This document shows positions 38,426-52,147 of a DNA stretch of 64,000 bases, in pieces (the stretch's first letter is position 1; each line of letters starts with the position of its first letter). The DNA comes from Camelus dromedarius. Its lineage: Eukaryota. The stretch spans positions 32,428,001 to 32,492,000 of the forward strand of contig NC_087447.1 of NCBI RefSeq assembly GCF_036321535.1. The letters run 5' to 3'. The notes beneath the pieces were generated by a model. That model saw nothing but the letters and a program-made list of their open reading frames with translations. It searched no databases and was not told where the DNA came from. Made by a program: the position numbers and the translations under genes.

Positions 38426-41400
38426 AAGAAGGGGGTGGTACAGCTCAGAGAATTTAGTAATTTGACCGTAGCTACAAAGTTAATAAGTGGGGTGCTGAAA
38501 ATGGAATTAGATGATCTGACTTCTGAGTCCAAGCCTCATGATCCTCTAAAATAATCCTGCAGGTTTTTTAACACATCGATTCAGAGTCCAGTTTCCTCTC
38601 ATTTATTTTCCTGTTCTTTCCAGCCTGACTCGGGCCAGCCTTACAGGAAGGACTTATCCTTGACCATTTGGTGCCTCATCTGATTTTTCCGTTCACTCAG
38701 AGTGAACGCAGGGGAGAAGACCGCAAACATGCAGTGATCCACCTTTATTCCTTATCTCTCAGCTCTGACAAACAGACTGCATTGGCTGACCTCGCTTTAG
38801 GAGAGGCCATTCTCATCCCAAGTGCAGATTTCATTGCTGGCTCTGTTGGCTTCAAAGATCCAGCTGGCCTCCTGCTGCCCACCACTTGTGCATGGCAGTC
38901 ACAGAGCCAGTTCTTATGATGGGAATGTCCCCAGCTCAAGTCATGATAGAAAGGACATTGCTCCTGAACCCGAGGTTTCTAAGCAACAGATAAAGAGCCA
39001 ACTGAATGTTATTGGCTGCACGTCCTGTCCTGTGGCTGTGTCCGTGGTGCTTGTTATAGAGGCTCTTGGCTACTTTCCTGCATGCCCATCTGCTAAGATG
39101 GCTTGGTCTGTGTTTGGATTCCTGCCCGTGGCCATGGCTGCCAGGGCCTGACAGATGCCTGCAGGTCAACACAAGTGTTAGATGTTTTCTAGCTGCATCT
39201 CCTCTGGCAGTTGCAGACCTTGTAAGACATGATGCACACCTGTTGAATGTCATCTGACAAACAACATGATCATTTGGGAATGGGATTAGGGAAAGGCAGC
39301 TGCCATGAAGACGGGCTTCACCACATGTAAAATTTGGAGTGTCAGAATCCCCCATATCTTGATGGGAGGTCAGGTCTATGATAGAGGGCACGAGGAAAGT
39401 TCAGAACAGCGAGGGATACCAACCTCAGACAAACCAGACCAGGGAGTAGCAGGTGTTACTGTGAACCTTCTCCAAAGCGGGCAACCTGATAGAAGCAGAA
39501 TCTGACAAGACTGAGAGAAGTTTATGTAATGAACTCACTGGCTTTACAATATGAAAGAAAAGCAGAGGATCTAAAATCTTACCCTTGTATTTGAAAACTA
39601 TAAGAAATGTTTTCCAGAAGCCTTCGTTCTAGACGTGTGAAGCTCCTACAAGTACACTCATGTATTATATTGCTTGTGAGCTTCCTTATGTTAGTATAAA
39701 GCCGTAGACGTGATCTGAATGAGGTACAGAGCACATAGCATCCTCAGATACTCTTTACTCTCATGGATCAGGAATAGGTTAGGATGAAAAAATTGTTTGA
39801 GTTTTTAATCAAAAGTTTGATAATTCTGCAATAATTTAAAAGGTATCCGAAGCATTACATATTTATCAAGCACACTATAGGTGATACATTTAAATAGTAT
39901 AATTTGATGAAACACTGTACCATTAGTTTGATTCGTGATATTTAATGCCTTTTGGATGAGACAACAGGAAGAGAAAAATGTATCAACATTTTTTGTGTCA
40001 ATATTTTTGACTACTAGGTGCTGGATATCACGTTTACATACACACACTTACTCTTCATACCAACCACTTTACGAGATAGGTATCTTTACCCTCACTGTTC
40101 ATAATAATAATGTATAATAATCATTACTATATAATATGGTATTACTTAATCAATATATCGTTATCATTAGTTCCGATAACCTAAAGTAATTTTGTGAGGC
40201 TGTTTAACACTTTTGACCCCTAAGTACTTATACTCTAAGCCTAGGAATAATCAAGGGATTTTCTAGGTGTAGGTGGACTGTCAGGCAGATTTAGAGCAAA
40301 TTTGTTTTACAGTTCTGTCCTAGTAAAGACAAATACATTTTGTAGGTTTCTGAGTGAAAGGAGAGTTTTAGATTTTATATATTTAAATAGATAGGTTGGA
40401 CTGTAAGCTACGTATTGGCAAGCTCATTATTACAGTGCTAGTGCCAAGCCCAGGAACTAGACATTGAATTTATTAAGTGAATAAGTAAATGAGTGGTGGG
40501 ATCGGAGATGATTGGCAATCCCCTCCAAACTTATTTATTTGTATAAAATTTACATGCTCTACAAACACACACACACACACATCTCCCCAGGAGAAGATGC
40601 TGAGAACAGAGAGCTCCATTAAGAGGATAAGATCATAGCAGCCTAGGTCGGACAAAACAGAAGCGTGAGCCCAGCCTGCAGTGGTGAGGACAGAGAGCAG
40701 GAACTGGTGGACTCACGTCTTCTGACGAGGGCTTGAACAGATCTATTTACCCATGAAATGGGTGCTGTGAAGGCAGACGTGAGAGAGGAGGAGCAGTTAA
40801 GGGTGACTCGGAGGGATCCCCATAGACGCCCTGGGAGATAGGACAATGCCTAGACAATAGCATCAAATACCTTAAATGCTTTGAAAAGGAACGTTAAGCT
40901 GAAAACTCAGTCTCAGTTCTGGAGGGCTCTCAGACAGCAGTCAGTGTGGACAACAGAGTCTCACGTGGCCTTGTCACTTTTGCTGTTTTCTTCAGCCCCG
41001 AAGAGACCTGCAGCGCTCAGAGCAGCGTCAGTGCCTAGCGACTGCAAACTGATTAAGAAAATGAATGTGTTGCCAAAGTTTCTCTGGAGGCTGTGGCTTC
41101 TGGGAAATACTAACAGCACCTGCTGTGTAACAGAACATTACTGAAGACAGTGGCTTCCTCAGTAGACAGAGATTGAGACTAGGGGCTTTTCATTTTTCTC
41201 TAAAGGCTGGGACTGAAGCAAAACCAAATTAAATGATAGATGTCAGAAGACACCTTATTTTCTGCATTCTGGTGACGTTTATTTCCCTGAGTGTTTGGTA
41301 TTGCATTCAAGTTCCTATGAGTTTTTGTTTTCATTACTGAGTCTTATGTGGTTATAGTCCAGACAGCATTTTCCTATGAGAAAGTTTCTTGCCATTGGAG

Positions 41401-41836
41401 AGTGTTGCTAAGCAGTCCATGTCTCCCAAGTTATCTAGGTAATACTTTATCATGTTATTTATTTTCTTAATAATTAGTAAAACTATTTTAACGAAGCAAC
41501 TTAATTTCCTAATAAATACAACTTCTAATTGAACTGGGATAATGTGCCCTTCCAGGTTTTCCTTGTATTTATTCACATTACTTTGTAGCTTCCATATAAT
41601 TGATGGCCACCAAGAGCCCAAAAGATGGGAATCATCCACTAGAAGCACTGGAGTGGGAAAATAAAATAAAAGTAGAAAAGATTGTAAGTTATTTTTCCTT
41701 ACCAGAAAAGAATGTGCCATTCAGATTAAATTGGCTGGAGGGGACGAATTCCAAAACCATCCTTACTTCTGTACCTAGATTAATCTACTACCCATAGGAT
41801 AAACCATGACAGCTTTTTTCTTCTTTATGAGGCAAG

Positions 41837-42328
41837 TGTGGGACATAAGCTTTGACTGTTGAGGTATCCACTTCAAAGGGACATCTACTTCAAAGATGGC
41901 CATTTTGAATAAACATATTGCCTAGCCATAGGTCTAGTTCCTCCACCATTACACAACCTCTGGCTCCACTGTTCGGAGATCTCGGTTGATTTAGATAACT
42001 GACCATTTGAGTCCCTTATTTTTTCTCTTCTCTTGCTTTCAATTTCTACTTTTATGTTTTAAATTCACCAATAAATAATGAACCCACAAAACTCTAGGCC
42101 CTGCCCTTGAACTCAATAAAAGTAGAACCCCTGCCTCCTTCTTTCTTTAGAAAGATTAAAAACAAACAAACAAAAAACCCAGGTTCTCTCTCTTTCTCTA
42201 CCTGCAACCTCTCCACGTGCCCCTCAAGGTGCCTTTTGTTTCCTGAGGGCGTCTTGCAATCAAAATAAAAACCACAAGGGTATGTCTAGCCACAGCGTTG
42301 GTTATAGATAGACCGGGACCAGCACACA
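41837..42328 (+). mobile_element. ERVL-type LTR (MER54/MER74 group, tentative)
   Basis: Same family as 38080-38425; 'caataaaag' followed by a pyrimidine tract, ending 'ggttatagatagaccgggaccagcaca'. Confidence 0.65.
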
Positions 42329-42904
42329 GTACTGTCCCATTATCAAGTCAAGTTCATTCTCTCTTCTGTATCTTAATTCATGTCACTTTCTACATCTGGA
42401 TTATCCAATTCTTAATAAATCCTCAGTTCAGTTGCTCATGCTCCTATGCAACTTTCCAGTACAATCCATGTTATATTATTTGTTCAGTCATCATTTATTA
42501 AACACTGCTGGGCAAGTCATTGTGTTACATTTACAATTCAGTGTGATAAGGGTTATAATAGAGGGTTGGAAAAAGTGCTATGGAAATAAAGCAGAGGCCC
42601 ATCTTCTTTCCTGTTTGTCATTTTTGTCACTTACATATGGCTTGTCATATCTCTTCAATTAAATTTAACTTTGGTAAAATTGAAGCTTTGTTTTCATGAC
42701 AGGAAAAAAAAATGTAGGAGGGATAGTAAGAGTGGGAGGGTTGGAGAGTATAGTTATCAGGTTAATTGTTGGTTAAGAGCTGCAGTTAATCTGCTAGTCT
42801 GGCTGGGATTTCGGGACCAAGATACTGGATGGCAAAGAATCACTGTGTGAGTTTAGGCCTTATAAAATGAAAAAAAAAAAATCCATATGGATCCCTAGAC
42901 ATCT

Positions 42905-43397
42905 TGTCAACTGAAAAAAATGCACAACCTGAAAGTTGAGAGTTATGTTTTATTTGGCGGACTTCCTGATAATTTAAGCCCAAGAGGCAACCTCAGATCA
43001 CTCTAAGAGACTGTTTTGCCCAGGCAAGGGAGAAGCTGGTATATATAGGAGTTTTTGCAACAAAGACCAGCTAGTTGGAACATCAAGAGATTACTGTTAA
43101 TTAAAGAAAACCAGGTATCTCAAGTTAAGGAATTTAGTGCTTTTCTCCATATGGGAAGGTCTGGGCTCATTGAAATTATCCTTTGATATGCACCTAGCTC
43201 TCTATGGCCAGTACCCTGTTCTTGCCCATCCTGAGTCCCCTCAGGTGCACCATTACAGGTGGCTGTAGAGGCCAGGCTGCCTGCTTGCCAGCATCATGAG
43301 TTCCCTCTGCTCACTGCTGTTGGGGGTGGTGGCTGATGATTTGATGGCTACAGCATCCTTTGCTTACTCATATGATTGGCAGTATTTTTCATTTGCA
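42905..43397 (-). mobile_element. ERV1 solo LTR, MER41-like artiodactyl family
   Basis: TG...CA ends ('tgtcaactgaaaaaaatgcacaacctgaaagttgagagttatgttttatttggcggac' ... 'atttgca') with a perfect 4-bp TSD ATCT at 42901-42904 and 43398-43401. Confidence 0.88.
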
Positions 43398-44509
43398 ATC
43401 TCCTTCTAATTTATCATATTAGCTGATTCTTGATATTTCACTTCTTCATTTCTTGTAAAGAAGAAGGGAGCCGAAGTGGTCCATCATGACATATGGAAAG
43501 GACATACAAGAGAGGATCAGGATGACCACCCTTGAGATGTTCAAACAACTAGGTGACTCTCTGTGGTTGCTTTCTTCAACACCTTCTTTCCACAAAACAA
43601 ATTGAGCAGCTGATAAAATAATGCTAGCATAAATAGGAACCTTTATGACAACAGTGCTGCTATGGAACAGTTTGCTGGGATGGAAAATCAAGAACTTGTG
43701 GTTATGCTATTACAACTTTTCTTTGAAGAAGCAGTGGAACTCCTGAATTCAAAAAGACCATGGTGAAATGATTTTTATTGGTGGTCAGAGATGTGCAGGT
43801 GGGAAAAATCCTCTTAGGAGTGTGTTTTTCAACAGATCAGCTGTGGTACACAGATGTCAGGCAAACTCTGTAGTATTGAGCTGGCTCTCAAATTTTAAAT
43901 GATGTGTAAAATTTGCTTTGGAAGCAACTGAGGGTACATATTATTACCTTGACATATAGCAGATGGAATATTGAACTGAGGGCTTTGTGCAAGCTTTTAT
44001 ATAGGTGAGCCCTTCTTGCTGGATGGCAAAAGGAGTAGTATAACATGAAAATGGCTTATTTACAAGAACACAAGGGATCTCTGTCAAGTGAAGGAAGTAA
44101 TATAGTCAAATGTTCAATTCAATAATGACAGAGTGCTGAAAGGTGACTGAGGAAATAGTGGAAGACCTGTGAATAAAACATAATCCTCAAGTGAGAATGC
44201 AAATTCTAGAATTTAAAGTGTGTCCAAGAATATAAAAGATTGGCACCACTCTCTTAGCATTCATGGAGAGTTTTTATAAGGTGGAGAATTTAGCTTTGGG
44301 GAGGAGTGTGGACACACAAGACTATGATGATGGGTATATTCCTTTATAATATGTAATAATATATTATACAATATATGATAAGAGGAGGCCTCTTAGTGTT
44401 GCTCCATTCCACGGAGCTCTTGCCATTCACCAGAGCTCCTGCCAGTGAGTTATGCTGGTCATCAGGGAGCCAGGCTGGGGGGTGGGTATAGCTAGGTACA
44501 AACTCATGA

Positions 44510-44830
44510 TGCTCATTCATCTATTCATTCAAGAAATACTTTGTGATATAAGTATGGAGACATGGGACACAATGTAACTTTAAATATTTGTGTTTAGCGG
44601 AGAACACAGGCAATTAATTACTAGGTGCTCTGTTGTAAATACTGTACCAGGAGGTAAGTCCATGACTGTATGGCATTACACAAAGGGTGCCTAACCATAC
44701 TAGCGGCATGGTGGGTGTCAGAAGTCCCCTAAAGGAGAAGAATTTATAAGGAAGTGAGGAAGATGAAATGAGCAGGGAAGAACCAAAAGTCTGGGTGCAA
44801 TGGGGAAAAAGTCTTGCTGAGGACTGGAAT
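44510..44830 (-). mobile_element. L2 fragment
   Basis: 'tcattcatctattcattcaagaaatactt' antisense L2 tail; 'ggtgtcagaagtcccct'. Confidence 0.55.
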
Positions 44831-45494
44831 ATTCCAAGCAGGGGAAAAATTAAAATATATACCTTGTTAATGGACAGCAGTTTCATTCTCTTCTCCAGGG
44901 AACAGCAATTTTTAAAAAATGTGTACAGTATGACTAGGTAGGTAGTTTGCCTTATGACATGTATAAGATTAATTTACTTATAATTTGTTTTCTCTCCTTG
45001 ATTGACTAGAAAAAGGGTTATTCTTCTAATTATTGAAGGGTGATTGTTTTTTAAAATGTGGCTTTGTAGATGTAGAGAGGAGTGAAGGGAACTGATAGAT
45101 CAGGGAGTTCTGCCATGATGAAATGGTCCAATGATCAGAAACACAAGAGAATCATGCTAAAGCAAAATGAAGGATACACTGTCTTAAAAGGTAGAGTACG
45201 CATTTGATTTTGTGTGATGGTGTGAAATGAGCACTGGAGTCAGGAAATCTGGATTGAAACGCCAGATAATTGCTATGATTTGGGACAAATACGTGATCAT
45301 TCTATGAATCATTTTATTTTGTCTTGTTTTAGTTGGAAGAAAAAGGGAGCTACCCTTGATGATTGGTAATATACCTTTGTGTTTGAATACCTAGAATGGT
45401 ATTTAATTCAGCCATCTTATGATGAAATCATCTACTAACATTTGAAAAATCTGCTTTCCTTTAATCAATAAACATGGGCTAAATATAGAAAAGT

Positions 45495-45720
45495 AGCTGC
45501 AGCATGATGGTTAATATCCTAGGCTTTGAAAATGGATTGTCTGAGTTCAGACCTTAATAGCTTTGGGAACCTATCCTTTAATATCATTATTAGTTAAGTA
45601 ATGATAACGGAAGTACCTTATAGCATACGGCTGCTGTGAGGAATAATTGTGTTAATACATGTAAAGCTTTTATACGAGTACCTAGCATACAGTAAACACT
45701 CAGATATTCTTTGCAAGTAT
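45495..45720 (+). mobile_element. MIR SINE
   Basis: 'gcagcatgatggttaa...ggctttgaaa', 'gtaccttatagcatacggctgctgtgaggaataa', 'cctagcatacagtaaacactca'. Confidence 0.75.
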
Positions 45721-47899
45721 TACCCATCTTATTGGGAGTATTTACTAAATACTTGAGACTGGGATTAAAAGGGTATTTTAATACAATTGGAAAAAGTCCT
45801 AAAAATGGGAACTGATGATTTGGACATATTTTATAGTCATTTTGGTTATTAATCCAACATTTATCTAGTGAATACAAAGAAAGACACAGTTCTTGTCTTC
45901 CAATATGGGGAAATAGTTTAGGAAAAGGTGTGGCACAAAACTATAATGAATGAAAAAGGAAGTCTGGAAACATTTTTTATGCTCAAGAAGTCAGTGATTA
46001 GAACATCCAAAAAAGGAGGAGAGAAACCCCTTGGAATCTGAGAAAATATAATACGATTAGTGACTGAAGGATGCTCATGTAGTAAATAAAAGTCAAGGAC
46101 CCACTCTTCTTTTTCTGCTTTTACTTAATATTACTTAATTTTAGTAGGAATCTCCTTAAAGCCTGGTTTGGTTTTTCCAGGGAAGTCTAAAGCATTCTGG
46201 ATTATTTCACATTAGAAAGTGGGCAGATGCGTGGTTGTTTGTTTGTTTGGGGAGTGGGCTAGGTTTGAAGATAAGGAGACCTCTGCTCTTGATCAAGGTG
46301 CCACAGGGAGCAGGTCCTGGACCAAACGGAATTAAGAATGTTACCAGAGTCGAAAACCATAAGATGGTTGAGATTGTGGTTGAAAACATAGTGCCAAGAA
46401 AGCCAAAGACGCAAAAAGGAGGAGAAACAACAAAGGTGGATCCAAGAGGGTAGGGAGTAGGGCATATCCAGGTATGATTAAGCATGGTGATTAAGAAATG
46501 GCTCAACTGTCCCTCTGACCAGGATTCAAATTTGTAATGTCACAAATGTGAGGCGTTTACAGGAGCTCAGTCCTCTTTAAGCCTAGTTTCTAATAAATAA
46601 AGTGATAATGCTGGCTTGCTGGCTGACTCATAGTCCTTGCCACACAAGAGATACTGACACTGAGGAGATAGGAGCTCTTCCCCTCCCCACATCTCCTTGC
46701 CTCTCCTGAGCCTGTGGTTGGTGAGAATGTTCTGTGGCTCTTCCTTTGGGTGAAGTCTGGCCATACATACAGATTGGAAGGATTAGTGCAAGACATGACA
46801 CAGAACATGGTAGTGTGGATTGTTATTCATTTACTAATATTTGGAAGAATACATAATGGGACCTGAAGAATGTGGATGGTAGGCACACGCTGAGGAGAGG
46901 ATTTGGAAAAAGTGCTTTGTGAAAAGGCTGGCACATTGCATTTTTACGATAAGACAGGAAGAGGAAATGACTTAAACCTTGCCTTTTAATGAAAGGGAGG
47001 GGAGTTTATAGGTGGTTCCCTGGACAGTAGGGAGCTTTGGGGGGAATTTTGGGTAGTTAATAAAGCTGAGCCGTGTCTCAGGAACATGGGGCGTTTGCTT
47101 GGAATAAGTTGAGGAGACACTTTGGAGGCTCTTGTAAAGGTCTGATGGGAAGAAAGAGGTGGAGTAAGGTAATGGCAGAGCAAATGGACAGGATGGAGAA
47201 GGAAAAAGATGTAGTGTGAATACGTCCAATTTGGTTCTTCATAATAAACGAATTCTTGATTACATCTCTCAGAAAAACTGAGACAGGCTATTTCAATCTT
47301 CTAACTTTTCTATCTGGGGCCTCTTTCATACCACTCCATTGTTCTCTTTTCTTTCAACGTTTTCTATGTAAGAAAGAACTGACAAACTCATTTATACTAA
47401 TAAGTAAAGGGCTGATAAGGCATAATTTGCTAATAAAAGCACATTTTGCTGCATAAGGTACTGTATCTAAAGTGCTAAGCACAACGCCTGGCTCATGTGT
47501 ATTAGCTATCATTACTAGTAATAGTAAGAACTGCAATAATAATACCTTATAGTATAATCATTACTGCCTTTTATGTGAGAATAATTTTAGCCTGACAGGA
47601 GAAGGAATTATTCCCTGAGGTAGGATCATTCTATGAGACTCTGATAGGCAACTAATGAGTAGCATATTCATCTATGAATGGCACAGCTATAAATACAAGT
47701 TATCACCAGGGGTAAGAGAACATAATTTTATTTATATATATATATTTATATATATTTATATATTCTTATACTATTATATGAAATCAAAAATTTATGAGGC
47801 AAAAAGGCAGGCAGAACTGTGATATAATTCTCACAGTATTTATGTTAGGGTGCTAGAATTTTTTTTTCTTTTCTTAATATCCGAATTTTTCTGATAAGA

Positions 47900-48340
47900 G
47901 TTTTTTGTAATTGAGTCCTGATTCTCATTCTGCCACTTACTAACTTTAACACCTTCAGTAAGTTATTTATTTTTTACACCTTAATTTAGCAATTCAAAAA
48001 AATAGTTACTCCCTCATAAAATTGTTTTGAGCAGTTTATAGATGAAGGAATGCCTATGGAAACCTTGTGCATAGTAACTGGCACGTGGTAAGTACTCATG
48101 GCATGTTGTTATCATAATGAATCTTAATAGTAGATGAAAAGAGTTTTGAGGTTAAAAAAAAACTGAAGTACACAATGCAGTGAAATCAATCAATTTACTA
48201 ATTCATTTCTAATTTATAAATTCATTTGATAAGTATTTATTAGGCCTCTATTATTTTCCAGCATTGTTTTAGGCACTAGGAATATGATAGTTAAAAAAGC
48301 GGACAAAAACCCTTCCCCTCATGAAACTTAGATTCCTAAT
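47900..48340. mobile_element. MIR plus antisense L2 tail fragments
   Basis: 'ctgccacttactaact', 'tggcacgtggtaagtactca'; 'aagtatttattaggcctctattattttccagcattgttttaggcactagg'. Confidence 0.65.
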
Positions 48341-49589
48341 AAATTTATTTTGAGTTACAGAAGTACAATAAAATGGAAATAAATAAAAATAAAATTTATA
48401 AACGAAGCATTAGGAACATGTCACTATGGTAAATATGTTTGGGTGTGAGGGATTTCCTTGGCACTTCTGAGAATACATGGTTTACAATCTGCTTCAGCAG
48501 GTCACAAGAGGAGTCATCTCTCGTGATATCCAGACGTATGATACACAGTCTGGAAGGTGTTTAGAAAGTGTCCAAGATGCTGATGTATTTCAACTGGGCT
48601 CAGAGTCCTTCAACAATACTTAATTCTCTCATGAATGAGATAGTTTCTAGGTAATTTAGAGTCTTTTTGACTCTCCTTCTAAATTCTGTTTAAGCAATGT
48701 GTTATCAGTATAAGGAGAAAAGGGGGAAGAAAAGACAATCAATAAATGAGAACAAAGAATAATGAATCAGAAGTGGCACAAACGGGTGAGAAGAGCTCAA
48801 ATTAAAAGAAGCAAGACAGCTGCCAAGACTGAAAAAGGGAGGCTAAAGATTTACACTGATGAGGTTTTAAAAAAAAACAAAACCTATCAGACAAACTAAT
48901 TACAAACTACAAATTTTAATTGGAGTTAATTGGATTGGGCAGCTGAATGAAAGAAGAGAGGGAGAAGAAGCCCTCACTTTTTCTCTCCTATCAAACACAC
49001 TAATGGAAGATGAAGCACAGGCAGTTAATCAAGGCAAAACATGCAGTTCCCTCACTGAACCCTGGAATGTCAGAGCCAAAGGGTCCTTAGATCAGCCATC
49101 TAACACTATCACTTGTTAAATGGGAACATCAAGGACAAGGATTGATAAGTGACATGCCCAAGGTCATCCATGTGCCAAGCAGGGGAAGGAGCTGTGTCTA
49201 GTTTCCCAAATGAGAACTTTTCCAACCACATATCATTGCACTAAAGGGCGTGTCTTCCCAGGAACAAGCGAAAGAATTTGTCATGGCCGTTAAGAAACCA
49301 TGTGTATCCAATAATAACTGTTTTCATCAACGAACCACATAATTAAAATAGCAGTTGGGGGAAAAAAATAGCAGTTGGGCATTCCTTGTAGCTGGTATGA
49401 ATGAGAAATGGTTACAAAGAAATGAGGGAGAGAACAATGAGGCTGACTTTCGATTGCAAAAGCTAATGAGCGGTCCAGCTTACTTGTATCCCTAAGGTGA
49501 CCTCAAATTTCTCTTCATTTTGTTCTCTGTGAAGGATATTTTGTGCTGAATTGCATGGTGACTGTTTAACAAAGTGAATTTACTCTCTC

Positions 49590-50895
49590 TATTTTGGTGT
49601 AAAGAAAATATAATTACTTTGACAAAGATGCTAATGAAATTCAGTGGAGGAAAGGAAAGTCTTTTTAATAAGTAGCATTTGAATAACTAGATGTCCAGTG
49701 GAATAAGAAATAAGCTTTAACACCTTACTTCACACCATATACAAAAACTCATTTGAGCTAGATCGTAGATCTAAATGTGAGGACTGGAGGAAAACCTAAG
49801 CAGATGTCTTTGTGACCTTAGGATAGGTGAAGATATTATGCACTAAGTAAAAAAAAAAAAGATGGTAGACTTGACTTTATCAAAATTGAAAATTACTGCT
49901 CATCAAAAGGCAAGGTAAAATTGAGAAAAGTCAAACTATGTACTGGGGGAAAATATTTGTAATATAGTTCAGAAAACATGTATCTGACAAAGGACTCATA
50001 CCCAGAAAATATATAGAACACCAGTGAATCAGTAAGAAAAACACACCATTCATATACTCTGTAGCAGAAGACTTGAACAGATACTGTAAGAATAGATTCA
50101 AATGAACCATAGACTTATGAAAAAACTGATACCATTATTCATGGGAAATCGTCAGTCAAAATCACAATATTGCTACATTTCCATCAGAGTGGCTAAAAAT
50201 TAAAAACAAACAAACAAAAAAACCCAAACACCAATGTTACCAAATGTTAGAGCAACTTAAACTCTTACACAGTCCTCTTGAAACTGTAAAATAGCTCTAA
50301 TATTTTGGAAAATATTTTCATGGTTTCTAATAAAGTAAAATATACATCCACCATTCTATGACTCAGCCATTCCATGCCTAAATATGTAAGAGAATAAAAG
50401 CTGATATAGCTACAAAAAGACTTGTACAAATGTTTGTAGTAGCTTTAACTGTAATAACCCTAAGATGAAAACAACCTAAATGTTTATCAACAAGAGAATG
50501 AATGAATGGTTACAATGAGATACTACACATTAGCAAAAAAGTAACAAACCACAACATGGTTGAATATCAAAAACATTATTTTGAAAAAAATATATTAAAC
50601 ATAAAAGTGAATATTGTATGGTTAGATTTTTTGAATTTCAAGAACAAAGGCAAAATTAATCTATGGTGATAGAAATTAGAAGAGTGACTTCCTCTGGCTA
50701 ACTTGGTAGCAGTCATGTTGCCTGGGATGGACAGGAGGGAATTTTCTGGGAGGTGGACATGGTGTAAATCTTGATCTGGGTAGTGATCATATGGTGCATA
50801 CAAAGATAAAAAATTGTAGAGCAATACATAGAACAGTACATAAAACAGATTTTTGCTTTAAACCATAAGCAAATTATACCTCGACTTTTAAAAAA
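49590..50895 (+). mobile_element. Old L1M 3' end (ORF2 C-terminus and 3'UTR)
   Basis: 'ctttgacaaagatgcta', 'cttacttcacaccatatacaaaaa', 'tatctgacaaaggactcatacccagaa', 'tatgactcagccattcca', 'ggcaaaattaatctatggtgatagaa', ending 'aaattatacctcgactttta' plus an A-run. Confidence 0.88.
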
Positions 50896-52147
50896 TGTAA
50901 AAAGAGAAATAATCAGATGGAAAAAATTTAAAAAGAGAAATAATCAGATAGCATAGCAGAGACCATGGTAGACTTTGGCCCTTTTTCCTCTGAGGGACAG
51001 AAGACATTTCCCTCTTCCTCTCCCTCTGTCCTTCCTCCTTCCCCTAACACTCCCTCTCCCCTTCTCTATCCTCTTCCCCTCTGTTCCTTCTCCTGCTCTT
51101 TCCCCTCTGCCTCTCTTTATAAGATCCTTATATGGATGAGGTGTTTTTTTGTTTCCCCCATTGCCTGAACCCCATTTAGGAGAAAAAGGTGACCTAAAAA
51201 AGAATCATCCTAGATTTATTGTCCAAAGCAGGACACTTCTGAGAATATGTAAGATGCTTTAAAAATAAATATATAAATAAACAAATAAATAAACATATAT
51301 ATATACACACACACACATACATATAGTTTTAAATACTTATTCACAACTCCCCAAATTGCTCTTATTAAGTTTGAAACTATTTTCAAAATTAGTTTATAAA
51401 AACAGAAATCCTTGAACATTAAAGCACATAAATGTCACCCAACCCATCATTATGTTGATTGAGCATTAAAAAATAAGACAAGCATAGTAATTATTCTTAG
51501 TACATTTCCACATACTTTAATTAGTTTCTTGGTTATACCTAGCTTTAATATTGTGTCACTGATATTTTTCTGAAAAATTTATTTTGACTTAGTCTTATTA
51601 AAGTTTTGATAAAATTACCTACAGTCTTCTGGTTAATAAATTTGAAAGAGTGGACATCTTCAATTGACTCTTCTTTGGTGGATCATATTTTCAATAGAAG
51701 AAATAATCTCTCTACTGTGTACAGAGGTGTTTGGTAGGCTCCAAACAAGTTGTTCTAAATGAAATGTATTCTCAGTTCAAAATTTTGTTTTGTGTTGAAA
51801 TGTATAAATAGTTCAGCCCAGACTTTCACTGTACTTTCTTGGTGTCTTTATTCATAGTATTTCTCCTCCACACGTATTTTTACAAGACAAAGTCACCCAG
51901 TTAGTTGTCTCTGTGATTGTTTTTCCAAGTTTCATTAAAATTAGAAATTTATAACATGATAGGGCTTCCCAGTTCCTTTCCGACGTGGTACAGAATATAA
52001 CATATATAATTGAAATTAAGAGCACCATTAAAAGACTTTTTCCAAAAATCCAAATATATTAAAGTGCAATTAGAATTTCAAAATTATGTTTGCATACCAT
52101 TTTTGAGTTCTTATTGTTTACTTTGTTCAGTTCCTCCCTTGTTATGC

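Noticed and set aside
49344..50950. Short direct repeats at ~49345-49379 and ~50900-50949 as TSDs of the intervening L1
   Set aside because: Each is a local tandem duplication, and the two sites do not match each other.
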